A stretch of 64,000 bases of DNA from an uncultured Hyphomicrobiales bacterium. Lineage in GTDB: Bacteria; Pseudomonadota; Alphaproteobacteria; Rhizobiales; CAZSNL01. Below are positions 31,646 to 42,157 of the stretch, in pieces. Location of the stretch: the NCBI GenBank assembly GCA_964608275.1, contig CAZSNL010000002.1, positions 15,088 through 79,087 of the forward strand, written 5' to 3'. The position numbers and the translations under genes were made by a program. The notes under the pieces are model-generated. The model did not search any database. It was given only the letters and a program-made list of their open reading frames with translations, and was not told where the DNA came from. The first letter of the stretch is position 1. Every line of letters starts with the position of its first letter.

Positions 31646-31662
31646 GACTGGACGGTCCAGTC
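31646..31662. promoter_or_regulatory. candidate TetR operator (8-nt inverted repeat GACTGGAC-G-GTCCAGTC)
   Basis: A perfect dyad lies in the 105-nt AT-richer divergent region between tetR and the first MFP gene. It is extended by an outer AGACTG...CAGTCT pair (31645-31668). Confidence 0.45.
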
Positions 31663-31690
31663 CAGTCTGCCGGAGACGTCCGCACCGCCC

Positions 31691-32761
31691 ATGTACATGG
31701 TCCTGTCACGCTTCGTCGGCACGCGCGCGGTTGCCCTGCTTGCCACGATATGGATGCCGGTGATGATGGCTGGCGGCGCCGGCTTGACGGCATTGGCGCA
31801 GGATCAGCAGCCGGTGCCGGTCGAGGCCGAGGAGGTGACCGTCGGCGCGGTGCGCGAAGAACTGCAGGCGGTCGGTTCGCTGCGGTCGAACGAGTCGGTC
31901 ATCGTGCGTCCCGAAATTGCCGGGCGGATCCGCGAGATCCACTTCCAGGAAGGGCAGCCGGTCGAGAAGGGACAGGTGCTGTTCACGCTCGACGACTCCA
32001 TCTATCGGGCCGAACTGCTCCAGGCTGAGGCGCGACACGAACTGGCACGCCGTAACCTGGCACGGACCGAAGAGCTTCAGTCTCAGGGCGTCGTATCGCT
32101 GCGTGCCAAGGACGAGCAGCTGGCCGAGCAACGGGTATCCGAGGCTACCGTCGAACTGGCACGGGTACGGCTCGAGAAGACCCGGATACTCGCACCCTTT
32201 TCCGGCATTGCCGGTTTGCGCAACGTCAGCGTGGGCGATTACGTCTCCGCCGGACAGGACCTCGTGAACCTTGAGAACATCCAGCCGATAAAGGTCGACT
32301 TCAGACTGCCGGAGCGGTTTCTGCCGGCGATCCGCACCGACCAGCATATCGACATCATTGTCGATGCATTCCCCGGCGAGGCATTCGATGGCGAGATCTA
32401 CGCAATCGATCCCCAGATCGACCCCAACGGCCGCAACCTGGCGGTTCGCGCACTGGTCGACAATGAAGACGGACGGCTCCGTCCGGGATTGTTCGCGCGC
32501 GTCAACGTGATCCTGGAGCAGAGGACCAACGCCCTGTCCATTCCAGAGCAGGCCATCATGCCGCGCGGCGAGGATCGATACGTCTACCGCATCGAAGGCG
32601 GGATCGCCCATATGGTCAGGGTCGAGACCGGCATTCGCCGCGACGGGCTGGTGGAGATAACCGGGGGACTCAGCCCGGGTGACGTGGTCGTGACCGCGGG
32701 ACACCTCAAGATCCAGGACGGCTCGCCGGTCACGCCGATAAAGCCTCAGGGCACGAGCTGA
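31691..32761 (+). CDS. RND efflux periplasmic adaptor (MFP) subunit
   Basis: It has a signal/anchor N-terminus. The lipoyl and hairpin regions (VIVRPEIAGRIREIHFQEGQPVEKGQVLFTLDDSIYRAEL ... RILAPFSGIAG) are typical of AcrA/MexA-type adaptors. Confidence 0.88.
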   Translation: MYMVLSRFVGTRAVALLATIWMPVMMAGGAGLTALAQDQQPVPVEAEEVTVGAVREELQAVGSLRSNESVIVRPEIAGRIREIHFQEGQPVEKGQVLFTLDDSIYRAELLQAEARHELARRNLARTEELQSQGVVSLRAKDEQLAEQRVSEATVELARVRLEKTRILAPFSGIAGLRNVSVGDYVSAGQDLVNLENIQPIKVDFRLPERFLPAIRTDQHIDIIVDAFPGEAFDGEIYAIDPQIDPNGRNLAVRALVDNEDGRLRPGLFARVNVILEQRTNALSIPEQAIMPRGEDRYVYRIEGGIAHMVRVETGIRRDGLVEITGGLSPGDVVVTAGHLKIQDGSPVTPIKPQGTS

Positions 32762-32765
32762 ACCG

Positions 32766-35700
32766 ATGCAGATCTCCGACGTATCGATCAGGCGTCCCGT
32801 CTTCGCGACGGTCATGAGCCTGATCATCGTCCTCCTCGGCATCGTGTCCTACCAGCGGCTGACGATCCGCGAATACCCCAACATCGACCCGCCGGTCGTC
32901 ACGGTCCGTACCGACTACAAGGGTGCCAGCTCGGAGATCATCGAAAGCCAGGTCACCCAGGTGCTGGAAGACTCTCTCGCCGGCATCGAAGGCATCGATT
33001 TCACCCAATCCATAAGCCGGCCCGAGAGAAGCCAGATCACGCTCTTCTTCGATCTCGACCGCGAACCCAATGCGGTCGCCGCCGACGTTCGCGACAGGGT
33101 GGGCCGTGTTCGGGGCAGGCTCCCGGACGAGATCGAAGAGCCAGTGATCCAGAAGGTCGAGGCCGATGCCCAGGCGATCATCTACCTGGCGTTTTCCTCC
33201 GACCGGCACCGGACGATGGACATCACCGACTACGCCGACCGCTACGTGAAGGACCGCCTCCAGACGCTGCCCGGTGTCGCCGAGGTGCGGATCTTCGGCG
33301 AACGGCGCTATTCGATGCGGCTGTGGCTCGACCCCGCTCGACTTGCCGCCTACAACCTGACGGTCCAGGACGTCGAGAACGCGCTGCGTCGGCAGAACGT
33401 CGAAATTCCGGCAGGGCGCATCGAGAGCGTCAAGCGGGAGTTCACGGTCCTTTCCGAGACGGACCTGCGCACGCCCGAACAGTTCGACAATCTCATCATC
33501 CGGGAACAGGGAGGCTATCTCGTCCGCCTGAAGGACATCGGCCGTGCCGAACTCGGCCCCACCGATGAACGCAGGGTGGTGCGCTTCAATGGCAACACTT
33601 CCATCGTTCTCGGTGTCGTCAAGCAGGCCACGGCAAATCCGCTCGACGTTTCCCGGGAGGTCCGGGCCGTACTGCCCGCGATCGTGGAGTCGCTGCCGGA
33701 AGGCATGCGCGTCGACGTGGCGCACGACAAGTCGGTCTTCATCGAAGAGTCGATCAAGAACGTCTACGCCACCATCGGCGAGGCCGTCGTGCTCGTCGTG
33801 CTCATCATCTTCCTGTTCCTGCGGTCATTCCGCGCCACGCTGGTCCCGCTGGTGACGATTCCGGTGGCGCTCATCGGCGCACTCGCGCTGATGTTCGCGT
33901 TCGGCTTCTCGATCAACACGCTGACGCTCCTGGCACTGGTGCTGGCCATCGGCCTGGTGGTCGACGATGCCATCATCATGCTGGAGAACATCTACCGCCA
34001 TGTCGAAGGCGGCAAGCGACCGCTGGAGGCAGCGTTTCACGGCGCCAAGGAGATCGGGTTCGCGGTCGTCTCGATGACGCTGACGCTGGCCGCCGTATAT
34101 GCGCCGATCGGCTTCATGACCGGGACCACCGGGCGGCTGTTCACCGAGTTCGCCTGGACGCTGGCCGGCGCCGTCCTCGTGTCCGGGTTCGTCGCCCTGT
34201 CGCTGTCGCCGATGATGTGCTCGAAGCTGCTACGCCACCAGTCGCACGGGCGGCTCTACAATTTCACCGAACGTGGCTTCCGCGCGATGAACACGGGATA
34301 TCGCAAGTTGCTGGGCGCATCGCTGCGTGCCCGCCCGGTGGTGCTGCTCATCGGGCTTGCGGTGGCCGGATCGAGCTACTTCCTGTTCGACGTGCTCAAG
34401 TCGGAACTGGCTCCCTACGAAGACCAGGGAACGATCGTCGGGATATTTACCGGACCGCAGGGAGCGACGATCGACTACACCGATCAGTATGCCCGTCAGA
34501 TCGAGGAGGTCCTGAAGGACTCGCCCGACATCGAGCGCTACTTCGTCATCGCCGGGTCTCCCGTTGTTTCCCAGGGCATCTCGTTCATCAAACTGAAGCC
34601 GTGGGAAGAGAGGGACATCTCTCAACAGGAGGTGGCGGCCGATCTGCAGCCGAAGTTCTTCGGAATCCCCGGCGTGATGGCGTTTCCCGTGAACCCGCCG
34701 CCGTTTGGTCAGAGCGCACGGGACAAGCCGATCCAGATCGTCGTCCAGACGTCGCGCCCGTTCTCGGAACTGGAGCAGATGGTCGAAACGGTGCTGGCGA
34801 AGGCCCGCGAGAATCGCGGCCTGACCAATCTGGATACCGACCTCAAGCTCAACACGCCGCAGCTGCGGGTCACCGTCGATCGCGAGAAGGCAATGGACGT
34901 CGGCGTCGACATCGAGACACTGGGCCGGACGCTGGAGAGCATGCTCGGAGGCCGTCAGGTTACCCGGTTCAAGCGTCAGGGCGAACAGTACGACGTGATC
35001 GTCCAGGTCGCCGACGTCGACCGGTCCAACCCCAGCGATCTCGAGCGCATCTACGTGCGCGGACGTGGCGACCAGATGATCCAGCTGTCGAATCTCGTAC
35101 GGGTGGAGGAGACCGTCGCGCCGCAGGAACTCAACCATTTCAACCAGCTTCGGTCGGCCATCATTTCGGCAAACCTGATGCCGGGCTACACCCTGGGCGA
35201 GGGGCTCGCGTTCATGGAAGACGTCGCGCGCGAGGTCCTTCCCGTCGACGCACAGATCGATTTCACCGGCCAGTCGCGCGAGTTCAAGGAGGCCAGCGCC
35301 AGCATCTATGTCACGTTCTTCCTGGCACTCGCGTTCATCTATCTCGTTCTATCGGCCCAGTTCGAAAGCTTTGTCGATCCATTCATCATCATGCTCACCG
35401 TGCCCCTGTCGATCACCGGGGGCCTCTTTGCGCTCTACCTGTCAGGGGGAACCCTGAACATCTACAGCCAGGTGGGGCTGGTAACGCTCATAGGCCTGAT
35501 CACCAAGCACGGGATCCTGATCGTCGCGTTCGCGAACCAGCTCCGCGAAGAGGGACAAAGGAAACTGGACGCGGTAACCGAAGCGGCGGTCCTGCGGCTA
35601 CGGCCGATCCTGATGACCACCGGCGCGATGACCCTCGGTGCAGTACCGCTCGCCATGGCGACGGGCGCAGGCGCGGAAAGCCGGCAGGATATCGGCTGGG

Positions 35701-35864
35701 TGATCGTCGGCGGCCTCCTCGTCGGTACGTTCTTCACTCTGTTCGTGATCCCGGTGGTCTATACATACTTCTCTCGCAGCACAGCCGACGAGCGGGCCAA
35801 GGAAGCGGAAGAACGGGAGCTTGCAGCCGAACCCGAGACACCGCGACTCAGGGCTGCCGAGTAG
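32766..35864 (+). CDS. RND efflux permease (HAE1/AcrB-MexB type), 1032 aa
   Basis: The N-terminus is ISDVSIRRPVFATVMSLIIVLLG. The TM4 proton-relay region is GLVVDDAIIMLENI. It has the 12-TM architecture with two large periplasmic loops. Confidence 0.95.
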   Translation: MQISDVSIRRPVFATVMSLIIVLLGIVSYQRLTIREYPNIDPPVVTVRTDYKGASSEIIESQVTQVLEDSLAGIEGIDFTQSISRPERSQITLFFDLDREPNAVAADVRDRVGRVRGRLPDEIEEPVIQKVEADAQAIIYLAFSSDRHRTMDITDYADRYVKDRLQTLPGVAEVRIFGERRYSMRLWLDPARLAAYNLTVQDVENALRRQNVEIPAGRIESVKREFTVLSETDLRTPEQFDNLIIREQGGYLVRLKDIGRAELGPTDERRVVRFNGNTSIVLGVVKQATANPLDVSREVRAVLPAIVESLPEGMRVDVAHDKSVFIEESIKNVYATIGEAVVLVVLIIFLFLRSFRATLVPLVTIPVALIGALALMFAFGFSINTLTLLALVLAIGLVVDDAIIMLENIYRHVEGGKRPLEAAFHGAKEIGFAVVSMTLTLAAVYAPIGFMTGTTGRLFTEFAWTLAGAVLVSGFVALSLSPMMCSKLLRHQSHGRLYNFTERGFRAMNTGYRKLLGASLRARPVVLLIGLAVAGSSYFLFDVLKSELAPYEDQGTIVGIFTGPQGATIDYTDQYARQIEEVLKDSPDIERYFVIAGSPVVSQGISFIKLKPWEERDISQQEVAADLQPKFFGIPGVMAFPVNPPPFGQSARDKPIQIVVQTSRPFSELEQMVETVLAKARENRGLTNLDTDLKLNTPQLRVTVDREKAMDVGVDIETLGRTLESMLGGRQVTRFKRQGEQYDVIVQVADVDRSNPSDLERIYVRGRGDQMIQLSNLVRVEETVAPQELNHFNQLRSAIISANLMPGYTLGEGLAFMEDVAREVLPVDAQIDFTGQSREFKEASASIYVTFFLALAFIYLVLSAQFESFVDPFIIMLTVPLSITGGLFALYLSGGTLNIYSQVGLVTLIGLITKHGILIVAFANQLREEGQRKLDAVTEAAVLRLRPILMTTGAMTLGAVPLAMATGAGAESRQDIGWVIVGGLLVGTFFTLFVIPVVYTYFSRSTADERAKEAEERELAAEPETPRLRAAE

Positions 35865-36111
35865 ACACGCGCACCTCCGGCTGGCTGCAACCCCGATATC
35901 GAATACTGTCCGCCCGCCGCTTCGAGGGGCCGCGGGCGTGAAGCTCGACGCGGCGGGGAATCAAGACCGGTTGTCCTCGCCACGGCCACATCCGGCGAGT
36001 AGCATTCATCCGAAGCACGCGGGACGAAGCGCGACGGATTCGATGCCGATCGTGCGTTACACACAGGCGGGAAGCTTAACAGGGGAGCCGCGCAACGGCG
36101 TGGCAGGCGTA

Positions 36112-37551
36112 ATGCTGGACGGGGCGCATGTCAGATCATGCACGCGAAAGCGGCGATCGACCTTCCGTCGTTTCGCCACGGGAACGGTAATCATGGTGTT
36201 CGCCCTTCTGGCATCAGGCTGCGCGACGGTCGAGCTGCCGTCGCCGCTGGCCGGCGACGTACCGGCCGAGTTCTCGCGGTCAGGCGCCGAGCCGTTGCCC
36301 GACCGGTGGTGGCACGGTTTGGATGATGCTCAGCTCGACAGCCTCATTCGCGAGGCGCTTGCCGAGAACCCGTCGTTGAAGGCGACATGGGATCGGCTTG
36401 CCCAGGCAAACGCCATTGCCAGGCGCGAACGGGCGACGCTGTGGCCGACCCTCGACGCCGATGCAAGAGCCAGCCGCACGATCAACTTCGAGGGACCGGA
36501 TTCGGAGCGTTACGAACTCGGCATCGCCGCAGCCTACGAAGTGGATCTGTGGGGCCGGCTTCGGTCGTCTGCGGCGGCAGCCCGTATCGATGCCGAGGCC
36601 AGCCGCGAGGAAGTGCTCGCCGCCGCAATTTCGCTGACCGCCGAGATAGCGAGGACGTGGTACGAACTGATCGAACAACGGGGGCAACTGGCGCTGCTTC
36701 AGCAGCAGATCAAGACCAACGAGCAGATCCTCGAGCTGGTGGACCTGCGGTTCCGCCAGGGTCAGACGGTCGCCGCCGACGTGCTGCGCCAGCGGCAGCT
36801 GGTCGAGCAGCGGCGCGGCGAAATTCACGACGTGCGCTCACGCATCGCAGTGCTCGAGCATCAACTGGCGATCCTGTTGGGCAGAGCACCGAAGTCACTC
36901 CAGGTGGCAGACCGGCAGACTATGGGCAACCTGCCGCCACTGCCGGCGACGGGACTTCCCGCCGACCTTATCCGACGGCGCCCCGACGTTCGGCGCGCCT
37001 TTCACGATATCCATGCAGCGAGCGCGCGGGTGGCGGCAGCGATCGCCGACCGGTATCCGCGGATCGACCTTGCCGCCAGCCTGACCAGCGCCGCAACCTC
37101 TCCCGGAGACATCTTCTCGAACTGGCTGGCGACGCTGATGGCCCAGCTCATGGCGCCGATCATCGACGGCGGCGCCCGGCGAGCGGAAGTAGAGCGGACC
37201 GAGGCCGTGCTTGCGGAACGCGTGCACCTATATGAGGAAACGGTGCTTGCGGCATTGAAGGAGGTCGAGGATGCACTCGAACGCGAACGCCGGCAGCATG
37301 AAAAGGTCGCGAGCCTCAGGCGTCAGCTCGAGATTGCCGACGAAGTCGTCGAACGGCTGCGCGCCCGCTATACACAGGGTGCAGCAAACTACCTGGACGT
37401 GCTTGAAGCATTGACAACGCAGCAGAACCTGCAAAGCAACCTGCTCACCGCCCGACGCGACCTCTACTTCTTCCGCATCGATCTTGCCCGCGCACTGGCC
37501 GGCGGGTGGACGATGAACCAGCCCGAACCGCTGTTGCTCGTCAGAACGTGA
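36112..37551 (+). CDS. RND efflux outer-membrane factor lipoprotein (NodT/OprM family)
   Basis: The lipobox is VFALLASG|C. NodT-type repeats follow (WWHGLDDAQLDSLIREALAENPSL ... YDLFGR-like EVDLWGRLRS). The start is uncertain: ATG 36112 gives a 37-aa leader. Sequence upstream of it has poor GC3 and looks non-coding. Confidence 0.82.
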   Translation: MLDGAHVRSCTRKRRSTFRRFATGTVIMVFALLASGCATVELPSPLAGDVPAEFSRSGAEPLPDRWWHGLDDAQLDSLIREALAENPSLKATWDRLAQANAIARRERATLWPTLDADARASRTINFEGPDSERYELGIAAAYEVDLWGRLRSSAAAARIDAEASREEVLAAAISLTAEIARTWYELIEQRGQLALLQQQIKTNEQILELVDLRFRQGQTVAADVLRQRQLVEQRRGEIHDVRSRIAVLEHQLAILLGRAPKSLQVADRQTMGNLPPLPATGLPADLIRRRPDVRRAFHDIHAASARVAAAIADRYPRIDLAASLTSAATSPGDIFSNWLATLMAQLMAPIIDGGARRAEVERTEAVLAERVHLYEETVLAALKEVEDALERERRQHEKVASLRRQLEIADEVVERLRARYTQGAANYLDVLEALTTQQNLQSNLLTARRDLYFFRIDLARALAGGWTMNQPEPLLLVRT

Positions 37552-37559
37552 CCGATCCA

Positions 37560-38819
37560 ATGCCGCACGATCCGGGCAATTCCCCTCTCACGACCCGCCT
37601 TCTCCGTGGTTTCCGGCTGCTGATCAAACTGGTGCTTCCGATCGCGGTCCTGGCCGTTGCGGGGGGTGTCGCAGTCTACATGATGGAGACACAACCGCGA
37701 GCCGAGCGGGCACCAAAGCCGCGCGAGGCACGCCTCGTCGAGGTGATCGAGGTGAGCCCTTCGCAACATAACGTCCGCATCGAGGCCTGGGGCACGGTGA
37801 TTCCGAGCAGGGAGGTAAGCATCGTGCCGCAAGTCAGCGGTGCGGTCGTGGAAGTAAGCCCTGCCCTCGTACCGGGTGGCCGGTTCAAGGAGGGCGACCT
37901 GCTCCTGCGCATCGACCCAAGCGACTACGAACTCGCCGTCGAGCAACGCAGGAGTGGTCTCGCGGAGGCGGAAGCCGAGCTCGCCATGGAGCTCGGCAAC
38001 CAGGCAGTTGCCCGCAGAGAGTACGAGCTGCTCGGGCGCGAGACCACCGAGCAGGAGCGTTCGCTGATACTGCGACAGCCGCAGCTCGCAACGGTTGAAG
38101 CGAAAGTCGCGGCAGCGCGGGCAGCGCTTGCCGAGGCAGAACTCGCACTCGAACGAACGCGTATCGTCGCGCCCTTTGATGCCCTGGTCATTTCGGAATC
38201 CGTCGAGGTGGGTTCGCGGGTTTCGGCTTCCTCGCAGAGCGCCGTGGCTTCGCTGGTGGGAACCGACAGCTACTGGGTCGAACTCGCCGTGCCGGCGAGC
38301 GATCTCAAGTGGATCGAGCTACCTGGCCCCGACCGTGCGGGATCGACGGTGCTCCTGTACCAGGATGCCGTGTGGCCGGCAGGGGTGTACCGTGAGGGCC
38401 GGGTATTCCGTCTGCTCGGGGATCTCGCTCAGACCGGGCGCATGGCGAGATTGCTGGTGGAAGTCGAGGACCCGCTCGCATTGGAGCCCGAGAATGATGG
38501 CAAACCCAGGCTCCTCATCGGCGCTTACCTGCGGGCCGAAATCGCCGGCCGCGCCTTGCCGGATACCGTGAAGGTCGACCGCCGCTTTCTCCGTGACGGC
38601 GATCGCGTCTGGCTGATGGACGCCAATGACCGGTTGGAGATCCGCGCGGTGGAGATTGCCTATCGGGGACCGCAAGACGTGCTCGTGTCCGAAGGGCTCG
38701 ACGCCGGGGACCGGATAGTGACGACGGACATCGCCGTTGCCGTGGAAGGGATGCCGCTGCGACTTGCCACTGATACGCGTGGGCGCACCGCAGGACACGC
38801 CGGAGCGGAATCCCAATGA
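37560..38819 (+). CDS. second RND efflux periplasmic adaptor (MFP) subunit
   Basis: It has an N-terminal TM anchor (LLIKLVLPIAVLAVAGGVAVYM) and adaptor blocks (IVPQVSGAVVEV...GGRFKEGDLLLRIDPSDYELAV, RIVAPFDALV). A GTG at 37548, overlapping the OMF stop, is an alternative start. Confidence 0.85.
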   Translation: MPHDPGNSPLTTRLLRGFRLLIKLVLPIAVLAVAGGVAVYMMETQPRAERAPKPREARLVEVIEVSPSQHNVRIEAWGTVIPSREVSIVPQVSGAVVEVSPALVPGGRFKEGDLLLRIDPSDYELAVEQRRSGLAEAEAELAMELGNQAVARREYELLGRETTEQERSLILRQPQLATVEAKVAAARAALAEAELALERTRIVAPFDALVISESVEVGSRVSASSQSAVASLVGTDSYWVELAVPASDLKWIELPGPDRAGSTVLLYQDAVWPAGVYREGRVFRLLGDLAQTGRMARLLVEVEDPLALEPENDGKPRLLIGAYLRAEIAGRALPDTVKVDRRFLRDGDRVWLMDANDRLEIRAVEIAYRGPQDVLVSEGLDAGDRIVTTDIAVAVEGMPLRLATDTRGRTAGHAGAESQ

Positions 38820-41800
38820 ACGCATCCGATCGAGCAGAGCGCGGTGCAATCGCGTGGTTCACCCGTCACAGGGTGGGGCCAAACCTGCTCATGCTCGTCC
38901 TAATCCTCGGCGGCCTTTTCACCGCGCTCCAGATCAAGCAGGAGGTATTCCCGGAGTTCGAACGTGACACCGTGACCGTTTCGGTAGCATTGCCCGGTGC
39001 AAGCCCCGAAGAGGTGGAGCGGGGCATAATCCTTGCCATCGAGGAAGAACTGCGCAGCGTCGATGGCGTGAAGGAGATCAGCGCCACTGCAAACGAGGGC
39101 TCCGGCCGGGTCGTTGCCGAACTCCAGTCGGGCGGCGACCACGACAGGATCTTCCAGGACATTCAACAGGCCGTCAGCCGTATCACGACCTTTCCTGACG
39201 ATGCGGAGAGGCCCCGGATCACGCTCGATTCCAGGCGCCGGGGCGTGCTTGACCTGCAGCTCTTCGGAGACGTCGACGAGTGGGCACTCCGTGAGGCCGC
39301 GGAAGTTGCGCGCGACCGGCTGCTGGCGGAACCCGGGATCACCCAGGTCGAGCTTGAAGGTGCGAGGGATTTCGAAATTCACATCGAAATCCCGCAGGAG
39401 CGTCTCCGCGCGTACGGGCTGACACTGGATTCCGTCGCCTCGACAATCCGCGAGGCAGCACTCGACCGCGGCGGCGGCTCGATACGGACCGAGGCCGGAG
39501 AGATCCTCCTCCGGGTCCAGGAGCGCCGCGACTGGGCTCGGGAATTCGCCCAGATCCCGCTGATAGCCGGCGCCGGCGGGGCCCTCGTCCGACTTGGTGA
39601 CGTGGCGGATGTCTCGGAAGGCTTTGCCGACAGCCACAGACTGGCGAGCTTCAACGGCAAGCGGGCGATCGGGATCGCGGTTTACCGCGTCGGTGACGAG
39701 ACGCCAGTCAGCGTGTCGAACGCGGTTCGCACGGCCCTGCCCGACATTGTCGCTGCACTGCCGCCATCGATCGAACTCACGATCGAGGACGACGACTCCG
39801 AAGTCTACATGCAGCGGCTCGAACTCCTTCTCAAGAACGGCTTCTTCGGGCTGCTGCTCGTCCTCGGTATCCTGACACTGTTTCTGGAATTCAGGCTCGC
39901 CTTCTGGGTTACCGCAGGCATACCAACAGCATTCCTCGGCGCCCTTCTGTTCCTCCCGGTCTTCGACATATCGATCAACATGATGTCGCTGTTTGCGTTC
40001 ATCGTGGCGCTCGGCATCATCGTCGACGATGCGATCATCGTGGGCGAGAACATCTACGAGTACCGTCAGCGGGGACTGAGCAATCTTGAGGCGGCCATCA
40101 GGGGGGCGAAAGACCTCGCAGTCCCGGTCGTCTTTGCGATCGTCACAAACATCGTGGCGTTTCTGCCGCTGATGTTCATTCCCGGCACGTTCGGCAAGAT
40201 CTGGTCAGCAATTCCACTGGTGACCGGTGTTGCCTTCACCTTTTCGCTGATCGAGGCGCTGTTCATCCTGCCCGCCCATCTGGGCCATAATCGCGGGCGG
40301 CCTGCTGGCGGCATGCGCGTGCGCCTATTTGCCTGGCAACAGGCCTTCTCGTCGTGGTTCCAGCGCATGGTCGAGACCGTCTACGGACCGTTCCTGCGGA
40401 TGACGATGCGGTGGCGTTACCTCACCATGTCGGCGATGCTGGCGCTGCTCATCGTGACACTGGCGCTGCCGATGAGCGGCCGCATGGGTTTCATCCTGAT
40501 GCCGACGGTCGAAAGCGATTTCGCCCAGGCCAGTGCTACGCTGCCAGTTGGCAGCCCGATCGAGCAGGCCATCACGGTCCGGGACCGGCTGGTCGATTCC
40601 GTCTCGGCGGTGATCGCGGCAAATGGTGGAGAGGCACTCAGTACCGGGATCTTCTCGTCTGTCAACGAGAACAGCGTTACCGTTCGGGCGTACCTGAAAC
40701 CCCCAGGCGAACGACCCCTGTCCACCGGCGAGGTGACGCGGTTATGGCGCGAGCAAACCGGTGAAATTGCTGGATTGGAGATGCTTCGGTTCGCTGCCGA
40801 TGCGCGTGGCCCCGGCAGCGGTGCATCAGTCAGCGTCGAATTGCGCCACCGCGACATTCCCACGCTGGAACGTGCGGCCACGGAGCTTGCCGACCGCCTC
40901 GAGGAATTTGCCAACGTAAACGACGTCGATGACGGCCATACGCCGGGCAAGGTCCAGCTCGACATCCGTACCACCGAAGAAGCCCGCAGCCTCGGCCTCA
41001 GTTCGGCGGAGATCGCCCGCCAGGTGCGCGCAGCATTCCATGGCGTCGAAGCGATAAAGCAGCAACGTGGCCGCAACGAAATCACGGTCAGGGTCCGGCT
41101 CCCCGATCACGAGCGGCGAAGCGAGGCAGACATCGAGAACCTCATCCTGCGCACCCCCGACGGTGGCGAAGTGCCGCTGTTCCAGGTGGCAACCGTCGAG
41201 CGCGGCCGCGCCTACACAAGCATCAGCCGCCGGGACGGGCGCCGCGCAGTGACCGTCAGCGCGAACGTCTATCCCCAGAGCGAGACAAGCCGCATTCTCG
41301 ACAGCCTTTCGCGTGAGGTCCTGCCGCAATTGTCTGCCGATCACCCCGGCCTGTCCTGGTCGTTCGAAGGCCGTCAGGCGTTCATGCGCGACGCCATCGA
41401 AAGCTTCTTCCATTCGGTGACGCTGGCGTTGCTCGCGATATATGCGCTGCTCGCCATTCCGTTCCGCAGCTATGTACAGCCGGCGATCGTCATGACGGCA
41501 ATTCCATTTGGCGTGGTGGGCGCCATTATGGGTCACCTGATCATGGGCTACAGCCTCTCGGTCGTCTCGGTCATGGGGATCATTGCGCTTGGCGGGGTGG
41601 TCATCAACGCGGCGCTGGTGATGATCGATTATGCAAACGATCGTCGAAAACGGGGATCGGCTGCGTTCGAGGCCATTCACGAGGCAGGCATTCGCCGGTT
41701 CCGGCCGATCATGCTGACCACGCTCACGACGTTCGGCGGACTTGCGCCGATGATCTTCGAAACATCCCGCCAGGCCCGGTTCCTGATTCCCATGGCCCTG

Positions 41801-41995
41801 TCGCTCGGCTACGGAATTCTGTTCGCGTCGGCGATCGTCCTGGTGCTCATTCCGAGCCTCTACATGATCATCGAGGACTTGAAGCACCTTGCCGCGAAGA
41901 TCACCGCAGCCCTTTCGGGACAGCCTCCCGCCCCAGTCCCGAGCGGCGCCGCACGGCGTGGTACGGGTGAACCGGAGCGGATCGCGGCGGAGTAG
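38816..41995 (+). CDS. second RND efflux permease (AcrB/AcrD/AcrF family), 1059 aa
   Basis: The start overlaps the MFP stop by 4 nt. It begins IAWFTRHRVGPNLLMLVLILGG. The TM4 region is GIIVDDAIIVGENI, and the architecture is 12-TM. Confidence 0.93.
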   Translation: MNASDRAERGAIAWFTRHRVGPNLLMLVLILGGLFTALQIKQEVFPEFERDTVTVSVALPGASPEEVERGIILAIEEELRSVDGVKEISATANEGSGRVVAELQSGGDHDRIFQDIQQAVSRITTFPDDAERPRITLDSRRRGVLDLQLFGDVDEWALREAAEVARDRLLAEPGITQVELEGARDFEIHIEIPQERLRAYGLTLDSVASTIREAALDRGGGSIRTEAGEILLRVQERRDWAREFAQIPLIAGAGGALVRLGDVADVSEGFADSHRLASFNGKRAIGIAVYRVGDETPVSVSNAVRTALPDIVAALPPSIELTIEDDDSEVYMQRLELLLKNGFFGLLLVLGILTLFLEFRLAFWVTAGIPTAFLGALLFLPVFDISINMMSLFAFIVALGIIVDDAIIVGENIYEYRQRGLSNLEAAIRGAKDLAVPVVFAIVTNIVAFLPLMFIPGTFGKIWSAIPLVTGVAFTFSLIEALFILPAHLGHNRGRPAGGMRVRLFAWQQAFSSWFQRMVETVYGPFLRMTMRWRYLTMSAMLALLIVTLALPMSGRMGFILMPTVESDFAQASATLPVGSPIEQAITVRDRLVDSVSAVIAANGGEALSTGIFSSVNENSVTVRAYLKPPGERPLSTGEVTRLWREQTGEIAGLEMLRFAADARGPGSGASVSVELRHRDIPTLERAATELADRLEEFANVNDVDDGHTPGKVQLDIRTTEEARSLGLSSAEIARQVRAAFHGVEAIKQQRGRNEITVRVRLPDHERRSEADIENLILRTPDGGEVPLFQVATVERGRAYTSISRRDGRRAVTVSANVYPQSETSRILDSLSREVLPQLSADHPGLSWSFEGRQAFMRDAIESFFHSVTLALLAIYALLAIPFRSYVQPAIVMTAIPFGVVGAIMGHLIMGYSLSVVSVMGIIALGGVVINAALVMIDYANDRRKRGSAAFEAIHEAGIRRFRPIMLTTLTTFGGLAPMIFETSRQARFLIPMALSLGYGILFASAIVLVLIPSLYMIIEDLKHLAAKITAALSGQPPAPVPSGAARRGTGEPERIAAE

Positions 41996-42157
41996 CAGTC
42001 CCTCCGTCCCTGGTACACACAATCGTGAAGCAAACTGCCCTGCGACCGAATTGCGCGGGGTCTCCGAACACATAGACTTCTGCCGTGGCTTCGCCACAGG
42101 CCGAATCGGACGGCGTGGAAGGCGATTCCGCAGGGTCCATGGTGACAGGAGATCCCG

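Noticed and set aside
35821-36111. A 97-codon upstream extension of the outer-membrane-factor ORF, overlapping the RND1 3' end.
   Set aside because: GC3 bias is lost there, and a lipoprotein signal peptide must lie immediately before the LLASGC lipobox.
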